A stretch of 64,000 bases of DNA from Candidatus Omnitrophota bacterium (GCA_016177405.1 JACOVG010000013.1:1858-65857); one strand, 5' to 3'; positions 1 through 19,891 are shown, numbered from the stretch's first letter. Program-made: numbers and translations. The notes: generated by a model from the letters alone, not told the origin.

Positions 1-1
1 G

Positions 2-511
2 GTCCACACCCTGACGGGGCAGGAGGAGAAGGTGCGCTCCACCCTGCAGAGCTACGTGGACTCCGGAAAGACCGAGGGCCGGGTCGCCCAGGTGCTGGTG
101 CCGATGGAGCGGGTTTCGGAGGTGAAGGGCGGAAAGAAGAAGATCTCCGACCGGCGGGTTTTTCCCGGTTACGTGCTGGTTCAGATGGACCTGTCCGATG
201 AGACCTGGTACCTCATCAAGAACACCCCCGGGGTGTCCGGATTCGTCGGCTCGGGGGCCAGGCCCGTCCCCCTGAAGGATGAGGAGGTCACGCAGATCCT
301 GCAGGCCGCCCAGGAGAAGATGGAAAAGCCCAGCCCCAAGGTGGTTTTTGAGAAGGGGGAGCCGGTGCGGATCAACGAGGGGCCCTTCAACAACTTCAAC
401 GGGGTGATCGAAGAGGTGAACCCCGAGCGGGGCAAGCTCAAGGTGATGGTCACCATCTTCGGCCGCTCGACCCCGGTGGAGATCGAATACTGGCAGGTGG
501 AGAAGGTTTAA
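2..511 (+). CDS. nusG: Transcription termination/antitermination factor NusG (5' truncated by window edge)
   Basis: Frame is open from position 2 ([11 protein letters not shown]...); [18 protein letters not shown] and KOW region GPFNNFNG...IFGRSTPVE; directly upstream of rplK. Confidence 0.97.
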   Translation, partial: VHTLTGQEEKVRSTLQSYVDSGKTEGRVAQVLVPMERVSEVKGGKKKISDRRVFPGYVLVQMDLSDETWYLIKNTPGVSGFVGSGARPVPLKDEEVTQILQAAQEKMEKPSPKVVFEKGEPVRINEGPFNNFNGVIEEVNPERGKLKVMVTIFGRSTPVEIEYWQVEKV

Positions 512-515
512 GCCG

Positions 516-941
516 ATGGCGAAAAAGGTCTTGACCACGATCAAGCTCTACTGCCCGGCGGGCCAGGCCAATCCGGCGCCGCCCGTGGGGCCGGCCCTGG
601 GGTCCCACGGCTTGAACATCATGGAGTTCTGCAAGGGTTTCAACGAGAGGACCAAGGCGCAGGAGGGGCTGACCCTGCCGGTCGTGATCACGGCTTACGA
701 GGACCGAAGCTTCACCTTCATCATCAAGAGCCCGCCGGCGTCGGTTCTTTTGAAGCAGGCCTGCGGCATCGCCAAGGCCTCCGGCACGCCCAACAAGGAG
801 AAGGCCGGAAAGGTCCCCCGGGCGAAGGTCCGGGAGATCGCCCAGATGAAGCTGAAGGATCTCAACACCCCCTCCGTGGAGGAAGCGATGAAGCAGGTGG
901 AGGGGACCGCCCGCAGCATGGGGATTGAGGTCGAGGCCTAA
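516..941 (+). CDS. rplK: 50S ribosomal protein L11
   Basis: [12 protein letters not shown] motif, GTARSMGI end, synteny. Confidence 0.98.
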   Translation: MAKKVLTTIKLYCPAGQANPAPPVGPALGSHGLNIMEFCKGFNERTKAQEGLTLPVVITAYEDRSFTFIIKSPPASVLLKQACGIAKASGTPNKEKAGKVPRAKVREIAQMKLKDLNTPSVEEAMKQVEGTARSMGIEVEA

Positions 942-944
942 GCG

Positions 945-1634
945 ATGTCCAAGCGGACCGAGGTGTTTGCCCAAGGGATCGAGAAGGGGAAACGGTACTC
1001 CATCCAGGAGGCCGTCGCTCTCCTGAAGAAGGTCCCGGCCCCCAAATTCGACGAGACGGTCGAGCTGGCCATCGCGCTGGACATCGATCCCAAGCAGAGC
1101 GATCAGGCGGTCCGCGGCACGGTGATCCTTCCCCACGGGACCGGCAGATCGGTGAAGATCCTTGTGATCGCCAAGGGGGATGCCGAGCGGGAAGCGAAGG
1201 AGGCCGGCGCCGATCATGTGGGAGCCGAAGAGCTTCTGGCCAAGATTCAAGGCGGCTGGACCGACTTCGACGTGATGGTGGCCGTTCCGGATCTCATGAA
1301 GGAGGTTGGAAAGCTGGGCAAGGTCTTGGGGCCCAAGGGCCTCATGCCTTCTCCCAAGGCGGGCACCGTGACCGCGGATGTCGGCCGGGCCGTCCAAGAG
1401 CTTAAGAAGGGCAAGGTGGAGTTCAAGGTGGACAAGCAGGGGGACATCCATCTGGGGGTGGGCAAGCGTTCCTTCTCCGAAGAGGCGCTCGCGGCCAACC
1501 TCCGGGCGATTCTGGAGGCGATCTGGCGCGCGAGGCCGGCCTCGGTCAAGGGGCGCTTCGTCTCCGGGATCTCGGTTTCCAGCACCATGGGTCCGGGGAT
1601 TCGGCTGAATCCCCAGGAGGGAAAACAGGAGTGA
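945..1634 (+). CDS. rplA: 50S ribosomal protein L1
   Basis: KFDETVE, LPHGTG, LGPKGLMPSPKAGTV, SSTMGPG motifs. Confidence 0.98.
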   Translation: MSKRTEVFAQGIEKGKRYSIQEAVALLKKVPAPKFDETVELAIALDIDPKQSDQAVRGTVILPHGTGRSVKILVIAKGDAEREAKEAGADHVGAEELLAKIQGGWTDFDVMVAVPDLMKEVGKLGKVLGPKGLMPSPKAGTVTADVGRAVQELKKGKVEFKVDKQGDIHLGVGKRSFSEEALAANLRAILEAIWRARPASVKGRFVSGISVSSTMGPGIRLNPQEGKQE

Positions 1635-2185
1635 TGAGCGCCGAAACCACCAAGGCGCGCCTGGGGCAGAAGGTCCGGGCCGGTCTGGTGAGGGATCTCA
1701 AGGGCGCCTTGCAGGGGGCCGACACCGTGGTGGTGGCCCGGATTGCGAAGACGCCGTCCAGGGACCTCAACCGGCTGCGCATAAACCTCAAGGAGATCCA
1801 GGCGAATCTGGTTTTGACCAAGAACTCCTTTTCGCGGCTGGTCTTCAAGGACTTGGGGCTAAGCGCCCTGGAAGAGCACCTGCAAGGGACCTGCGGTTTA
1901 AGCCCGATCCGCGGGGATGTGGTCCGGGCGGCCCGGCTGCTGTCCGACTTCGCCAAGGATCACGAGGGCTTCACGCTGGCCGGGGGCGTCTATAGAGGAA
2001 AGAAGATTTCTTCCCAGGAGCTGGCGGTTCTGGCCAGGCTCCCCTCGCGCGAGGTGCTCTTGAGCCAGGTGTTTGCCGGGATGAAGGCGCCCATGTCGGG
2101 GTTGGTGGGGGTCTTGAAGGGGGTGGAGCGCAAGCTGGTTGGCATACTTCATGCGATAACGGTTTCGAAAGGAAAAGGGGGTTAA
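1631..2185 (+). CDS. rplJ: 50S ribosomal protein L10
   Basis: Position between rplA and rplL; KN motif and [12 protein letters not shown]-terminal signature. Confidence 0.93.
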   Translation: MMSAETTKARLGQKVRAGLVRDLKGALQGADTVVVARIAKTPSRDLNRLRINLKEIQANLVLTKNSFSRLVFKDLGLSALEEHLQGTCGLSPIRGDVVRAARLLSDFAKDHEGFTLAGGVYRGKKISSQELAVLARLPSREVLLSQVFAGMKAPMSGLVGVLKGVERKLVGILHAITVSKGKGG

Positions 2186-2187
2186 CC

Positions 2188-2600
2188 ATGTCCACGGAAA
2201 CGAAGACGGTTGAAGTGACGGAAAAGATGGGCCAGATGATCTCGACCATCGAGTCGATGACGGTCTTGGAGCTCTCGCAGCTTGTCAAGGCCCTGGAGGA
2301 GAAGTTCGGCGTGACGGCCGCCATGCCGATGGCCGCGGGCGCCGCGGCTGGCGCGGGAGCGGCCGGCGCGGGCGCTGCCGCCGCGGAGGAAAAGACCTCC
2401 TTCGATGTCATCCTGGCCGAGGTGGGAGCCAACAAGATTCAGGTCATCAAGGAGCTTCGCGCGGTGACGAGCCTGGGGCTGAAGGAGGCCAAGGATCTGG
2501 TGGATTCGGCCCCCAAGCCGATCAAGGCGGGCGCCTCCAAGGATGAGGCCAAGACGATGAAGGAAAAACTGGAAGCGGTCGGCGCCAAGGTCGAGCTGAA

Positions 2601-2604
<4 letters not shown>
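2188..2604 (+). CDS. rplL: 50S ribosomal protein L7/L12
   Basis: [10 protein letters not shown], Ala/Gly hinge, [17 protein letters not shown]. Confidence 0.98.
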
Positions 2605-7987
<5,383 letters not shown>

Positions 7988-7999
7988 GAGGAGAGGGAG

Positions 8000-10441
<2,442 letters not shown>

Positions 10442-10446
10442 GGCCC

Positions 10447-10824
10447 ATGTGCCCGACCATCTCACAGCTGATCCGAAAGGGCAGGCGCGAGAAGTCCAAG
10501 CGCTCAAAATCTCCGGCCCTTCAGGGCAGGCCGCAGGTGAGGGGGGTTTGTCTTCAGGTGAAGACCATGACCCCCAAGAAGCCCAACTCCGCCTTGCGCA
10601 AGATCTCCCGCGTCAGGCTCACCAACGGGGTGGAGGTCACCTCCTACATCCCCGGGGAGGGCCACAACCTGCAGGAGCACTCGATCGTTCTGGTGCGCGG
10701 CGGAAGGGTCAAGGACCTTCCCGGCGTCCGGTACCACATTGTGCGGGGCACCCTGGATGCCTCCGGGGTGAACCAGCGGCGGAAGTCCCGATCCAAGTAC
10801 GGGGCCAAGAGGCCTAAGGAATAA
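10447..10824 (+). CDS. rpsL: 30S ribosomal protein S12
   Basis: [22 protein letters not shown]. Confidence 0.99.
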   Translation: MCPTISQLIRKGRREKSKRSKSPALQGRPQVRGVCLQVKTMTPKKPNSALRKISRVRLTNGVEVTSYIPGEGHNLQEHSIVLVRGGRVKDLPGVRYHIVRGTLDASGVNQRRKSRSKYGAKRPKE

Positions 10825-10827
10825 GCG

Positions 10828-11295
10828 ATGAGACGACGCCGAACCGACAAGAGAGTCACGCCGTTAGATCCCCGCTACGGCTCAAGGCTCATCGCCCGCT
10901 TCGTCAACATGGTGATGAAGGAAGGCAAGAAATCGATCGCCGAGGGGATCGTCTATGGGGCGCTGGACGAGGGGGCGGCCAAGCTGAAGGTGCAGCCGCT
11001 CGACCTCTTCCAGAAGGCGGTGGAGAACGCCCGTCCCTTGGTGGAGGTGAAGTCCCGCCGGGTGGGGGGCGCCACCTATCAGGTTCCGGTGGAGGTGCGG
11101 CATGACCGGGGCACCTTCATCGCGCTGCGCTGGATCCGCGATTTCGCGCGGGGCCGGGCCGGCAAACCGATGAAGGATCGTCTCCTGGAGGAGATCGTGG
11201 CCGCCTACCAGGGGCAGGGTTCCTCGGTCAAGCGGAAAGAGGACATGCACCGGATGGCCGAGGCGAACAAGGCGTTCAGTCATTATCGTTGGTAA
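10828..11295 (+). CDS. rpsG: 30S ribosomal protein S7
   Basis: [30 protein letters not shown]. Confidence 0.99.
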   Translation: MRRRRTDKRVTPLDPRYGSRLIARFVNMVMKEGKKSIAEGIVYGALDEGAAKLKVQPLDLFQKAVENARPLVEVKSRRVGGATYQVPVEVRHDRGTFIALRWIRDFARGRAGKPMKDRLLEEIVAAYQGQGSSVKRKEDMHRMAEANKAFSHYRW

Positions 11296-11299
11296 TCCC

Positions 11300-13402
11300 A
11301 TGGCAGACACCACTTATCCTTTAGAGAAGACGCGCAACATCGGGATCGTGGCCCACATCGACGCGGGCAAGACCACGACCACCGAGCGGATCCTCTATTA
11401 CACCGGGCGCCTCCACAAGATGGGCGAGGTGCATGATGGAACGACCCAGATGGACTGGATGCCCCAGGAGCAGGAGCGGGGCATCACCATCACCTCGGCG
11501 TGCACCGCCTGTTTTTGGAAGGAGCATAGGATCAACATCATCGACACCCCCGGACACGTGGATTTCACCATCGAGGTGGAGCGTTCTCTCAAGGTGCTGG
11601 ACGGCTGTGTCGTGATCTTCGACGGGGTGAGCGGGGTGGAGCCCCAGTCCGAGACGGTTTGGCGCCAGGCGGACCGCTACCAAGTGCCCAGGCTCGCCTA
11701 CGTCAACAAGATGGACCGGGTCGGGGCCGATTTCTTCATGACGGTCCACCAGATCGCCGAGCGCTGCGGGGCGGTGCCGGTGCCGGTCCAGCTTCCCATC
11801 GGGGCGGAGGCCGGCTTCAAGGGGATGGTGGATCTGATCCGGGGCAAGGCCCGGATTTACCTGGATGATCTGGGAAAGGAGTTCCGGGAGGAAGATCCGC
11901 CGCCGGCGATGCAGGCCCAGATCCAGGAGTGGCGCACCAAGCTCTTTGAGAGGTTGGCCGAGGCCGACGACGTCATCATGGAGGCCTTCGCCCACGACCA
12001 GAAGGTCGAGCCCGACCAGATCATGGCCGCCTTGAGGCGCGCCACGGTGGCCAACCGGATTGTACCGGTTCTGTGCGGCTCCTCCTTCAAGAACAAGGGG
12101 GTGCAGCCCCTGTTGGACGCGGTGGTGGACTATCTGCCCAGCCCCCTGGACATCCCGCCCATCCAGGGGACCGATCCGGAAACCGGCGAGAAGATCGAGC
12201 GCAAGACCCTGCCGGAAGAGCCCTTCTGCGGGCTGGCCTTCAAGATCATGAGCGACGCCTTTGTGGGGAAGCTCACCTTCATCCGGGTCTACTCCGGCAG
12301 GCTCACCTCCGGCAGCTACGTCTACAACGCCAACCGCGAAGAGAAGGAGCGGATCGGCAAGCTGGTTCGGATGCACGCCAACAAGCAGGAGATCATCGAT
12401 TCGATCTCGGCCGGCGACATCGCCGCGGCGGTGGGCTTGAAGCAGACCAAGACCGGCGAGACGGTTTGCGACGAGGATAAGCCGATCGTCCTGCAGTCGA
12501 TGCATTTCCCCGAACCGGTGGTCTCGCTGGCGATCGAGCCGGAGACCTCGCTGGACCAGGACAAATTGGGTTTGTCTCTGGCCAAGCTGCAGGAGGAGGA
12601 TCCCTCCTTCCGGGTGACCTACAACCAGGAGACGGCCCAGACGATCATCTCGGGCATGGGTGAGCTTCATTTGGAGATCGTCATGGACCGTCTGAAGCGG
12701 GAGTTCAAGGTGGGGGCCACGGTGGGCCGTCCGGAGGTGGCCTACAAGGAGACGATCACCAAGTCGGTGGAGTCGGTGGGCAAGTTCATTCAGCAGTCGG
12801 GCGGACGGGGCCAGTACGGCCACGTGGAGTTCCTCATCGAGCCGGCCGAACGGGGCCAGGGCGTTCAATTCGTCAATAAGGTCGTGGGGGGTGCCATCCC
12901 CAAGGAGTATATCCCGGCCGTCAAGGAGGGTGTTTTTGAGGCGGCCCGGACCGGGGTGCTGGCCGGCTACCCGGTGATTGACATGGTGGTGACGCTGCAC
13001 GACGGCTCTTACCACGATGTGGACTCCTCGGAGATCGCCTTCAAGCTGGCGGCCTCCATTGGCCTGAAGGACGGTCTTCGCAGGGCCAGCCCCCAGCTTT
13101 TGGAGCCGATCATGAATTTGGAGGTGGTGGTTCCGGAGGAGTATCTGGGACCGGTGGTGGGCGATTTGAGCTCCCGCCGCTGCCGGATTGTCGAGATGAC
13201 CCAGCGGGCCAACGCCAAGGTCATCAAGGGAGAGGTCCCCCTGGCCGAGATGCTGGGGTACGCCACGGTGATCCGTTCGCTGTCGCAGGGAAGGGCCACT
13301 TACACGATGGAGCCGTTGGCTTATTTGCCCGTGCCCCGGAACGTTCAGGAGGAAATCACCACGCGCAAGGCGGCCGCCGGAACACCGGCCGGCCGGCGTT
13401 AG
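11300..13402 (+). CDS. fusA: Elongation factor G
   Basis: [26 protein letters not shown]; 700 aa. Confidence 0.99.
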   Translation: MADTTYPLEKTRNIGIVAHIDAGKTTTTERILYYTGRLHKMGEVHDGTTQMDWMPQEQERGITITSACTACFWKEHRINIIDTPGHVDFTIEVERSLKVLDGCVVIFDGVSGVEPQSETVWRQADRYQVPRLAYVNKMDRVGADFFMTVHQIAERCGAVPVPVQLPIGAEAGFKGMVDLIRGKARIYLDDLGKEFREEDPPPAMQAQIQEWRTKLFERLAEADDVIMEAFAHDQKVEPDQIMAALRRATVANRIVPVLCGSSFKNKGVQPLLDAVVDYLPSPLDIPPIQGTDPETGEKIERKTLPEEPFCGLAFKIMSDAFVGKLTFIRVYSGRLTSGSYVYNANREEKERIGKLVRMHANKQEIIDSISAGDIAAAVGLKQTKTGETVCDEDKPIVLQSMHFPEPVVSLAIEPETSLDQDKLGLSLAKLQEEDPSFRVTYNQETAQTIISGMGELHLEIVMDRLKREFKVGATVGRPEVAYKETITKSVESVGKFIQQSGGRGQYGHVEFLIEPAERGQGVQFVNKVVGGAIPKEYIPAVKEGVFEAARTGVLAGYPVIDMVVTLHDGSYHDVDSSEIAFKLAASIGLKDGLRRASPQLLEPIMNLEVVVPEEYLGPVVGDLSSRRCRIVEMTQRANAKVIKGEVPLAEMLGYATVIRSLSQGRATYTMEPLAYLPVPRNVQEEITTRKAAAGTPAGRR

Positions 13403-13420
13403 CCCAAAGGTGGATACCCC

Positions 13421-13729
13421 ATGAGCCAAGCGCCTCGGATTCGAATCAAATTGAGAGCCTTTGACCACCGGATCTTGGATCGGTCGGCCGCCGAGATTGT
13501 GGAGACGGCGCGCCGGACAGGCGCCGCCGTGGCGGGCCCGGTTCCCCTGCCCACCAAGCGGGAGATCTTCACGGTCTTGAGGTCGCCGCACGTCGACAAG
13601 AAGTCGCGGGAGCAGTTCGCGCTGAAGACCCACAAGCGGCTGCTGGACATCGTGAACCCCACTTCCAAGACGGTGGAGGCCCTAAGAAAGCTGGACCTGC
13701 CCGCCGGGGTGGACGTGGAGATCAAATGA
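13421..13729 (+). CDS. rpsJ: 30S ribosomal protein S10
   Basis: [31 protein letters not shown]. Confidence 0.99.
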   Translation: MSQAPRIRIKLRAFDHRILDRSAAEIVETARRTGAAVAGPVPLPTKREIFTVLRSPHVDKKSREQFALKTHKRLLDIVNPTSKTVEALRKLDLPAGVDVEIK

Positions 13730-14415
13730 AGCCCGGCGTCGGTTTGATCGGCAAGAAGCTTGGCATGACGACCGTTTTTCGGGAGGACGGCCGCCCCGTG
13801 CCGGTCACCGTTCTGGAGGCCGGCCCCTGCAAGGTGACGGCCGCCAAGACCGAGGAAACCGACGGATACCGGGCCGTCCAATTGGGCTTTGAAGGCTTGA
13901 AGAGAAAGAAGGTGCTCCGGGAATTCAGGCTGGCCAAGGAGGAAAAGCACGAGGTCGGCTCCACCGTGACGGTGGAGCTCTTCAAGGCGGGCGACCGGGT
14001 GGATGTGACCGGGACCTCGGTGGGCCAGGGGTTTCAGGGCGGCGTCAAGCGCTGGCATTGGAAGGGGGGTCCGCAAACCCACGGTTCGATGTCTCACCGG
14101 CGCCCCGGCTCCATCGGCTCCAGCACCGACCCCTCGAGGGTTTTCAAGGGGCATCACCTCCCGGGCCGGATGGGCGGGGAGCGCGTCACCACCCAGGCCC
14201 TGGAGATTGTCCGGGTCGATTCGGCCAATCACCTGCTTCTGGTGAAGGGTTCGGTCCCGGGCCATGAGGAGGCGCTGGTCTTGATCCGAAAGTCGAGGAA
14301 GCCTCCGCGGGTTCCGGCAGCGCGGCCTGCCTCGGCCAAGAAGAAAGAAACCAAGGCGGCGGCCCCCGCGAAGGAAAAGAAGGCGGCGGCCCCGGCGCCG
14401 GGAGCCAAGAAGTGA
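13726..14415 (+). CDS. rplC: 50S ribosomal protein L3 (Lys/Ala-rich C-terminal tail)
   Basis: [29 protein letters not shown]. Confidence 0.98.
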   Translation: MKPGVGLIGKKLGMTTVFREDGRPVPVTVLEAGPCKVTAAKTEETDGYRAVQLGFEGLKRKKVLREFRLAKEEKHEVGSTVTVELFKAGDRVDVTGTSVGQGFQGGVKRWHWKGGPQTHGSMSHRRPGSIGSSTDPSRVFKGHHLPGRMGGERVTTQALEIVRVDSANHLLLVKGSVPGHEEALVLIRKSRKPPRVPAARPASAKKKETKAAAPAKEKKAAAPAPGAKK

Positions 14416-15038
14416 CGCCCGAAACGATCGCGCTCCATGACGCGCAGGGACAATCCACCGGGACGGTTCCGGTTCCGGCCGGTTTCACCGGGCCGGTGGA
14501 CAAGGCTATTCTTTGGCAGGCGATCCGGATGTATCTGGCCAACCAGCGGCAGGGTACGGCCGATACCAAGACCCGGGGCGAGGTTCAAGGCGGCGGCAGG
14601 AAGCCCTGGAAGCAGAAGCACACCGGGCGGGCCAGGGCCGGTTCGATCCGTTCGCCGATCTGGCGAAAGGGTGGAATCGTTTTCGGGCCGCACCCGAGGG
14701 AGTACCGGTATGAGCTGCCCAAGGGTTTGCGTCAGAGGGCGTTGGTGGAAAGCTTAAAGGCAAAGTTTCAGGCGGGGGAGCTGGTCGTGGTGGAGGGTTT
14801 GGACACCCTGGAGCCCAAGACGCGCCCCCTGGGGCGTCTGTTGACGAAGCTGGGGGTCACCGCCAAGGCCTTGGTGGTGATGGATCGGCCCAACCCCATC
14901 CTGGCGAGAATTTCCAGAAACCTGCCGGGCGTCTGGGTGAAGCCGGTTTCCGATTTGAACTGCCACGATGTCCTTCGGTCGAACAAGCTGGTGGTGACCG
15001 CCGCGGCCTTGAAGCAAATCGGGGGGCTTCAGGAATGA
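14412..15038 (+). CDS. rplD: 50S ribosomal protein L4
   Basis: [29 protein letters not shown]. Confidence 0.98.
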   Translation: MTPETIALHDAQGQSTGTVPVPAGFTGPVDKAILWQAIRMYLANQRQGTADTKTRGEVQGGGRKPWKQKHTGRARAGSIRSPIWRKGGIVFGPHPREYRYELPKGLRQRALVESLKAKFQAGELVVVEGLDTLEPKTRPLGRLLTKLGVTAKALVVMDRPNPILARISRNLPGVWVKPVSDLNCHDVLRSNKLVVTAAALKQIGGLQE

Positions 15039-15316
15039 GCCAGGCCGCCGATGTGATCCGCACCCTTTTGCGGACCGAAAAGGGAACCCGGGGGCAGGCC
15101 CAGCGCCAATACCTTTTTAAGGTGGATCCCCGGTCCAACAAGCATCAGATCAAGCAGGCGGTGCAGGAGCTTTTCAAGGTGAAGGTTTCTTCGGTGAACA
15201 CCATTCAGATGATGGGCAAGCCCCGCCGCATGGGGCGTTCGTGGGGCCATCGGCCCAACTGGAAGAAGGCGATGGTCACCCTGGCGGAGGGTTCCAAGAT
15301 CGAGGTGGCGAGCTAA
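15035..15316 (+). CDS. rplW: 50S ribosomal protein L23
   Basis: [19 protein letters not shown]. Confidence 0.97.
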   Translation: MSQAADVIRTLLRTEKGTRGQAQRQYLFKVDPRSNKHQIKQAVQELFKVKVSSVNTIQMMGKPRRMGRSWGHRPNWKKAMVTLAEGSKIEVAS

Positions 15317-15318
15317 CC

Positions 15319-16146
15319 ATGGGCAACCGAGAGTACAAGCCTTACACCCCCTCCCGCCGGCACATGACCGGCTCAGACTTCAAGGAGATCACGAAGGATA
15401 GGCCCGAGAAGAGCCTGGTGGTCCCCCGCAAGTCTTCCGGGGGCCGAAACAACCGTGGGCGCGTCACCGTGCGCCACCGGGGCGGGGGGCACAAGCGGAT
15501 GATCCGGCTGATCGATTTCAAAAGGGATCGGCGGGATGTGAGCGCCCGGGTGATCGCGATCGAGTACGATCCCAACCGGTCCGCCAGGCTCGCTTTGCTG
15601 GAGTATCCGGATGGCGAGCGGCGCTACATCGTGGCTCCCAAGGAGCTGGCCGTTGGGGCGGCCCTCATGGCAGGGGAGAATGTCGAGGTGGCGGTCGGCA
15701 ATTCCCTGCCGTTGAAGAACATTCCTTTGGGCACCATGGTTCACAACGTGGAGCTTCAGCCGGGCCGGGGCGCCCAGATGGTCCGATCGGCGGGGGCCGC
15801 CGCCCAGGTGCTGGCCAAGGAGGGGGCGAACGCCACGCTAAGACTTCCCTCCGGCGAGATTCGGATGGTCGCGCAGGAGTGCTACGCCACGGTCGGCCAG
15901 GTGGGGAACGTGGAGCATGAGACGATCTCTATCGGCAAGGCCGGCCGGTCCCGGTGGATGGGCCGAAGGCCTCACACGCGGGGTTTGGCGATGAATCCTC
16001 ACGACCATCCCCACGGAGGCGGGGAAGGCAAGTCCGGGCAGGGCAACCCCCACCCGGTTTCCCCCTGGGGCCAGCCGACCAAGGGCTTCAAGACGCGCTC
16101 GAAACGCAAGGTGAGCGACCGCTGGATCGTGAAGAGGAGAAACTAA
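15319..16146 (+). CDS. rplB: 50S ribosomal protein L2
   Basis: ATG 15319; [29 protein letters not shown]. Confidence 0.98.
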   Translation: MGNREYKPYTPSRRHMTGSDFKEITKDRPEKSLVVPRKSSGGRNNRGRVTVRHRGGGHKRMIRLIDFKRDRRDVSARVIAIEYDPNRSARLALLEYPDGERRYIVAPKELAVGAALMAGENVEVAVGNSLPLKNIPLGTMVHNVELQPGRGAQMVRSAGAAAQVLAKEGANATLRLPSGEIRMVAQECYATVGQVGNVEHETISIGKAGRSRWMGRRPHTRGLAMNPHDHPHGGGEGKSGQGNPHPVSPWGQPTKGFKTRSKRKVSDRWIVKRRN

Positions 16147-16149
16147 ACG

Positions 16150-16437
16150 ATGGGACGTTCGGTTTCCAAGGGGCCGTTCGTGGATGTCAAGCTCATGAAG
16201 AAGATCGAAAGGCTTGCCGCTTCCGGCGACCGCAAGCCCATCAAGACCTGGTCCCGGCGTTCCACCGTGACGCCCGATTTTGTGGGACACACCTTTTTGG
16301 TGCATAACGGCAACAAGTTTCTTCCGGTCTTTGTGACGGAGAACATGGTCGGGCACAAGCTGGGCGAGTTTTCTCCGACCCGCACCTTCAAGAAGCATGG
16401 GGTCAAGGGGGTCACCAAGCCTCCCGCCCCCACGTAA
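16150..16437 (+). CDS. rpsS: 30S ribosomal protein S19
   Basis: [20 protein letters not shown]. Confidence 0.98.
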   Translation: MGRSVSKGPFVDVKLMKKIERLAASGDRKPIKTWSRRSTVTPDFVGHTFLVHNGNKFLPVFVTENMVGHKLGEFSPTRTFKKHGVKGVTKPPAPT

Positions 16438-16448
16438 AAGGAAAAGCC

Positions 16449-16793
16449 ATGGTTTCCAAAGCGCAGGGAAAATTCTTACCGGTCACGCCCAGGAAGGTGC
16501 GGCTCGTTCTTCGGCTGGTCCGAGGCATCGAGGTTCCCCGTGCCCAGGCCATTCTCTCGAATCTGCCCAAGGGGGCGTGCGAGCCGATCGCCAAGGTTTT
16601 GAACTCGGCGGTGTCCAACGCGACCCGGACCGGCGCCTGGAGCGCCGAGCAGCTTTTTATCGCCCGCGCCCTGGCCGACGAGGGTCCCATGGCGACCCGC
16701 TACCGGGCCGGGCCCATGGGCCGGGCCATGCCGTTTCGGAAGCGCTTTTGCCACATCACGATTGAATTGGACGGGCTGCCCCATGGGTCATAA
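16449..16793 (+). CDS. rplV: 50S ribosomal protein L22
   Basis: PRKVRLV, SAVSNA, GRA..RK..HITI; synteny. Confidence 0.96.
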   Translation: MVSKAQGKFLPVTPRKVRLVLRLVRGIEVPRAQAILSNLPKGACEPIAKVLNSAVSNATRTGAWSAEQLFIARALADEGPMATRYRAGPMGRAMPFRKRFCHITIELDGLPHGS

Positions 16794-17442
16794 AGTCCCC
16801 CCGTTGGGGAATCGGCTGGGGATCACCAAGACCTGGATTTCCCGCTGGTACTCCAAGCGGCAGGGTTTCCCGAAGCTCCTGGTGGAGGACGATAAAATCC
16901 GAAGGCACCTGAAGAGCGGGCTTGCCAACGCGGCGGTCTCGAAGGTGGAGATCGAGCGGACCGCGAGCAAGGTCCGGGTGATCATCCACTCGGCCCGGCC
17001 GGGCCTCGTGATCGGGCGCCGAGGGGCCGACATCGACCGCCTTCGGGACGAGCTCCACTCCCTGACGCACCGGGAGCTTACGATCGACATCAAGGAGGTC
17101 AAGAACCCCGCCGTCGACGCGCAGCTGACGGCCGAGAACATTGCCTTTCAGCTGGAGCGGCAGATCAGTTTCCGCAGGGCGATGAAGCGGTCGGTCCAGA
17201 CGGCGATGAACTCCGGCGCCTTGGGGATCCGGGTCCGCTGCGGCGGCCGGCTGGGTGGAGCGGAGATGTCCCGTGTCGAAAGCTACCGGGACGGCAAGAT
17301 TCCCCTTGGGACCTTCCGGGCCGATATCGAGATGGGTTTCGCCGAGGCCAAGACCACCTACGGCAGGATCGGTGTGAAGTGCTGGATCTATAAGGGAGAC
17401 ACGGTTCTGGAGAGCTCGGCAAGCCATGGCACTCGTACCTAA
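16783..17442 (+). CDS. rpsC: 30S ribosomal protein S3
   Basis: ATG 16783 MGHKV; [30 protein letters not shown]. Confidence 0.98.
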   Translation: MGHKVPPLGNRLGITKTWISRWYSKRQGFPKLLVEDDKIRRHLKSGLANAAVSKVEIERTASKVRVIIHSARPGLVIGRRGADIDRLRDELHSLTHRELTIDIKEVKNPAVDAQLTAENIAFQLERQISFRRAMKRSVQTAMNSGALGIRVRCGGRLGGAEMSRVESYRDGKIPLGTFRADIEMGFAEAKTTYGRIGVKCWIYKGDTVLESSASHGTRT

Positions 17443-17842
17443 GAGGGTCAAATACCGAAAGGCCCAGCGGGGCCGCCGGAAGGGCATGGCCTCCCGCGGA
17501 GCCTTCGTCAATTTCGGGGAATTCGGCCTGCAGTCTCTGGCCAACGGCTGGATCACCAACCAGCAGCTCGAGGCGGCCCGGGTGGCCCTGACCCGGCATG
17601 TCAAAAGGGGCGGAAGGGTTTATCTGCGCGTTTTTCCGGACAAGCCGGTCACCAAGAAACCGGCCGAGACCCGGATGGGGAAGGGCAAGGGCATGCCGGA
17701 ATTCTGGGTGGCGGTGATCCGCAGGGGGAGGGTTTTGTTTGAGATGGAAGGGATTCCCGAAGAGCTGGCCAAGGAGGCCTTGAGGCTGGCCGCGGCGAAA
17801 CTGCCGCTTAGAACGCGGTTTGTGGTTCGCCAGGCGGCCTAA
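17426..17842 (+). CDS. rplP: 50S ribosomal protein L16
   Basis: [23 protein letters not shown]. Confidence 0.98.
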   Translation: MALVPKRVKYRKAQRGRRKGMASRGAFVNFGEFGLQSLANGWITNQQLEAARVALTRHVKRGGRVYLRVFPDKPVTKKPAETRMGKGKGMPEFWVAVIRRGRVLFEMEGIPEELAKEALRLAAAKLPLRTRFVVRQAA

Positions 17843-17845
17843 GCG

Positions 17846-18052
17846 ATGAAAACCTCGGAGTTGAGGCCCTTGGCGGTCGACGAGCTTTCCATCAAGGTGG
17901 GGGCGCTGAAGAAAGAGCTTTTTGATCTGCGCATGCAGCAGGCCGCCGGGAAATTGGATAAGCCGCATCGGATGCGCGAGGTTCGGCGCGACATCGCCCG
18001 GATGAAGACCTTAATGGGCGAAGCAACCAGAAAGGACGCTGTCTCCAAATGA
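17846..18052 (+). CDS. rpmC: 50S ribosomal protein L29
   Basis: KKELFDLRMQ, VRRDIAR. Confidence 0.96.
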   Translation: MKTSELRPLAVDELSIKVGALKKELFDLRMQQAAGKLDKPHRMREVRRDIARMKTLMGEATRKDAVSK

Positions 18053-18441
18053 CCCTCGGGGTTGGAAGAAGGCATCTGACTGGCATCGTGGTTTCCGACC
18101 GGATGACCCGGACGGTGGTCATTCGGGTGACCCGCCTGGTGAGCCACCCGGTCTATGGGCGGGTGACTCGCCGCTTTAAGAAGTTCAAGGCCGACACGGG
18201 TCAGCATCTGCCTCGGTTGGGCGACGAGGTGCGCGTTGAGGAATCCCGGCCCCTGTCGAAGGACAAGCGCTGGCGGGTGGTGGAGGTTTTGCGCCGGGGA
18301 GTGGGTTTGGTGGAGGACCGGGAGGCCGAGCGGGTCAAAGAGCTGGAGGCGGTGGGCGCCACCCGGGTCAAGGTTCATCCGAAGCCGGCGCCGGCTGCCG
18401 CTGACGAGCCCGTGAAACCCTCCCAGGAGGCGGCGCCATGA
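18049..18441 (+). CDS. rpsQ: 30S ribosomal protein S17 with ~45-aa C-terminal extension
   Basis: [24 protein letters not shown]. Confidence 0.96.
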   Translation: MTLGVGRRHLTGIVVSDRMTRTVVIRVTRLVSHPVYGRVTRRFKKFKADTGQHLPRLGDEVRVEESRPLSKDKRWRVVEVLRRGVGLVEDREAERVKELEAVGATRVKVHPKPAPAAADEPVKPSQEAAP

Positions 18442-18806
18442 TCCGGATGCGCTCGATCCTCGCGGTGGCCGACAACACCGGGGTCAAGAGGGCCTCCATG
18501 ATCGGCGTCTTGGGCGTCCATGGCAAGTTGTGGGCCATGGTCGGCGACGTCATCACGGCCAACGTCAAGGAGACGGCACCCGATTCGGCCATCAAGAAGG
18601 GCGAGGTGGTTCACGCGGTGGTGGTCCGGACCACGGCTCCGATCCGCAGGTCCGACGGCTCCACGCTGCGTTTTGACACCAATGCCGCGGTGATCATCGA
18701 CGACAAGAAGAACCCCAGGGGCACCCGGATTTTTGGGCCGGTGGCCCGGGAGTTGAGAGACCGGAAGTTCACCAAGATTGTTTCGCTGGCTCCGGAGGCG
18801 ATCTGA
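18438..18806 (+). CDS. rplN: 50S ribosomal protein L14
   Basis: [29 protein letters not shown]. Confidence 0.98.
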   Translation: MIRMRSILAVADNTGVKRASMIGVLGVHGKLWAMVGDVITANVKETAPDSAIKKGEVVHAVVVRTTAPIRRSDGSTLRFDTNAAVIIDDKKNPRGTRIFGPVARELRDRKFTKIVSLAPEAI

Positions 18807-19117
18807 TGTTTCGCGTCCGGCGCAACGACACCGTCATGGTGACCACCGGAAAGGACCGGGGAAAGAAGGGAAAGCTCCTTCGCCTTTTTCCCGAGGCGGG
18901 CAAGGGTTTGGTGGAGGGGCTGAACCTCGTGAAGAAGCATTTGAAGCGTTCCCAGGCCAACCCCCAGGGGGCCATCTTGAGCCGCGAATCTCCGCTGCCG
19001 CTGGCCAAGGTTCAGCCGGTATGCCCCAAGTGCGGGCGGGGGGTCCGGGTGGGCTTCAAGCGGCTTCAGGACGGTACCAAGACCAGAGTCTGTGTCCGCT
19101 GCCGGGAGGCCTTCTGA
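18806..19117 (+). CDS. rplX: 50S ribosomal protein L24
   Basis: GKDRGKKG KOW motif, VEGLN; CPKC..CVRC. Confidence 0.97.
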   Translation: MFRVRRNDTVMVTTGKDRGKKGKLLRLFPEAGKGLVEGLNLVKKHLKRSQANPQGAILSRESPLPLAKVQPVCPKCGRGVRVGFKRLQDGTKTRVCVRCREAF

Positions 19118-19698
19118 TGCCTGGAGTGGAGGTCAAGACGGCGGCCGCGCCCGCGCCCAGACTCCTCACGCGCTACCGCAAAGAGATGGTGCCGGAGCTC
19201 ATGAAGAAGTTTGCTCTTCGTAATCCCATGGAGGTCCCCCGGGTGACCAAGGTGGTGATCAACATGGGGGTGGGCCAGGGGGCCCAGGATGTGAAGGTGA
19301 TCGAGCAGGCCTCCCGCGAGCTGGGGCTGATCACGGGGCAGAAACCCCTGATGACAAAATCCAAGAAGGCGATCTCCAATTTCAAGATCAGGGAGGGCCA
19401 GCCGGTGGGCCTGAAGGTCACCTTACGCCGGGCCCGAATGTATGAATTCTTGGACCGGCTCTTCAACGTCGCCATGCCCCGGATCCGGGATTTTCGGGGG
19501 GTGAACCCGGAGGGGCTCGACGGATACGGGAACTTCGCTTTTGGGCTTTCCGAGCAGCTCATCTTCACGGAGATTGACTTCGACAAGGTGACTCGGGTGC
19601 AGGGAATGGACATTGTGATTTGCACGAACGCCAAGTCCCGGGAGGCTTGCTTGGAGCTCTTGAAGCTTCTGGGGATGCCTTTTAAGGGGGAGCGTTAA
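19117..19698 (+). CDS. rplE: 50S ribosomal protein L5
   Basis: ATG 19117; KVVINMGVG, ITGQKP, PRIRDFRG. Confidence 0.98.
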   Translation: MPGVEVKTAAAPAPRLLTRYRKEMVPELMKKFALRNPMEVPRVTKVVINMGVGQGAQDVKVIEQASRELGLITGQKPLMTKSKKAISNFKIREGQPVGLKVTLRRARMYEFLDRLFNVAMPRIRDFRGVNPEGLDGYGNFAFGLSEQLIFTEIDFDKVTRVQGMDIVICTNAKSREACLELLKLLGMPFKGER

Positions 19699-19884
19699 GT
19701 GGCCAAGAAAGGGAAGCTCCAGACCTGGAAGCTGCCGGCCAAGTTTCCGGTTCGCCGCCGGAGCCGGTGCAATCTTTGCGGAAGGCCCCGGGCGGTCTAT
19801 CGGAAGTTTGGCATCTGCCGCATCTGCTTCAGGGAGAAGGCCCACCGGGGCGAGATCCCTGGGCTGGTGAAGGCGAGCTGGTGA
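19699..19884 (+). CDS. rpsN: 30S ribosomal protein S14 (short Zn-binding type Z)
   Basis: [25 protein letters not shown]; 61 aa. Confidence 0.97.
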   Translation: MAKKGKLQTWKLPAKFPVRRRSRCNLCGRPRAVYRKFGICRICFREKAHRGEIPGLVKASW

Positions 19885-19891
19885 GGAGCCG

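Noticed and set aside
2330-2390. GC-rich GCC/GCG repeats in rplL and at the rpoC N-terminus
   Set aside because: Ordinary Ala/Gly hinge coding; not an independent repeat element
10447-10455. S12 begins MCPT rather than MPT
   Set aside because: A one-residue difference that cannot be distinguished from a base-call or start ambiguity; no functional inference possible
11321-13633. Long minus-strand ORFs (770 aa opposite fusA; similar ones opposite rpoB, rpoC, secY, the M16 peptidase and accC)
   Set aside because: Antisense shadows produced by high-GC3 codon usage; no recognisable motifs, and they fully overlap conserved genes
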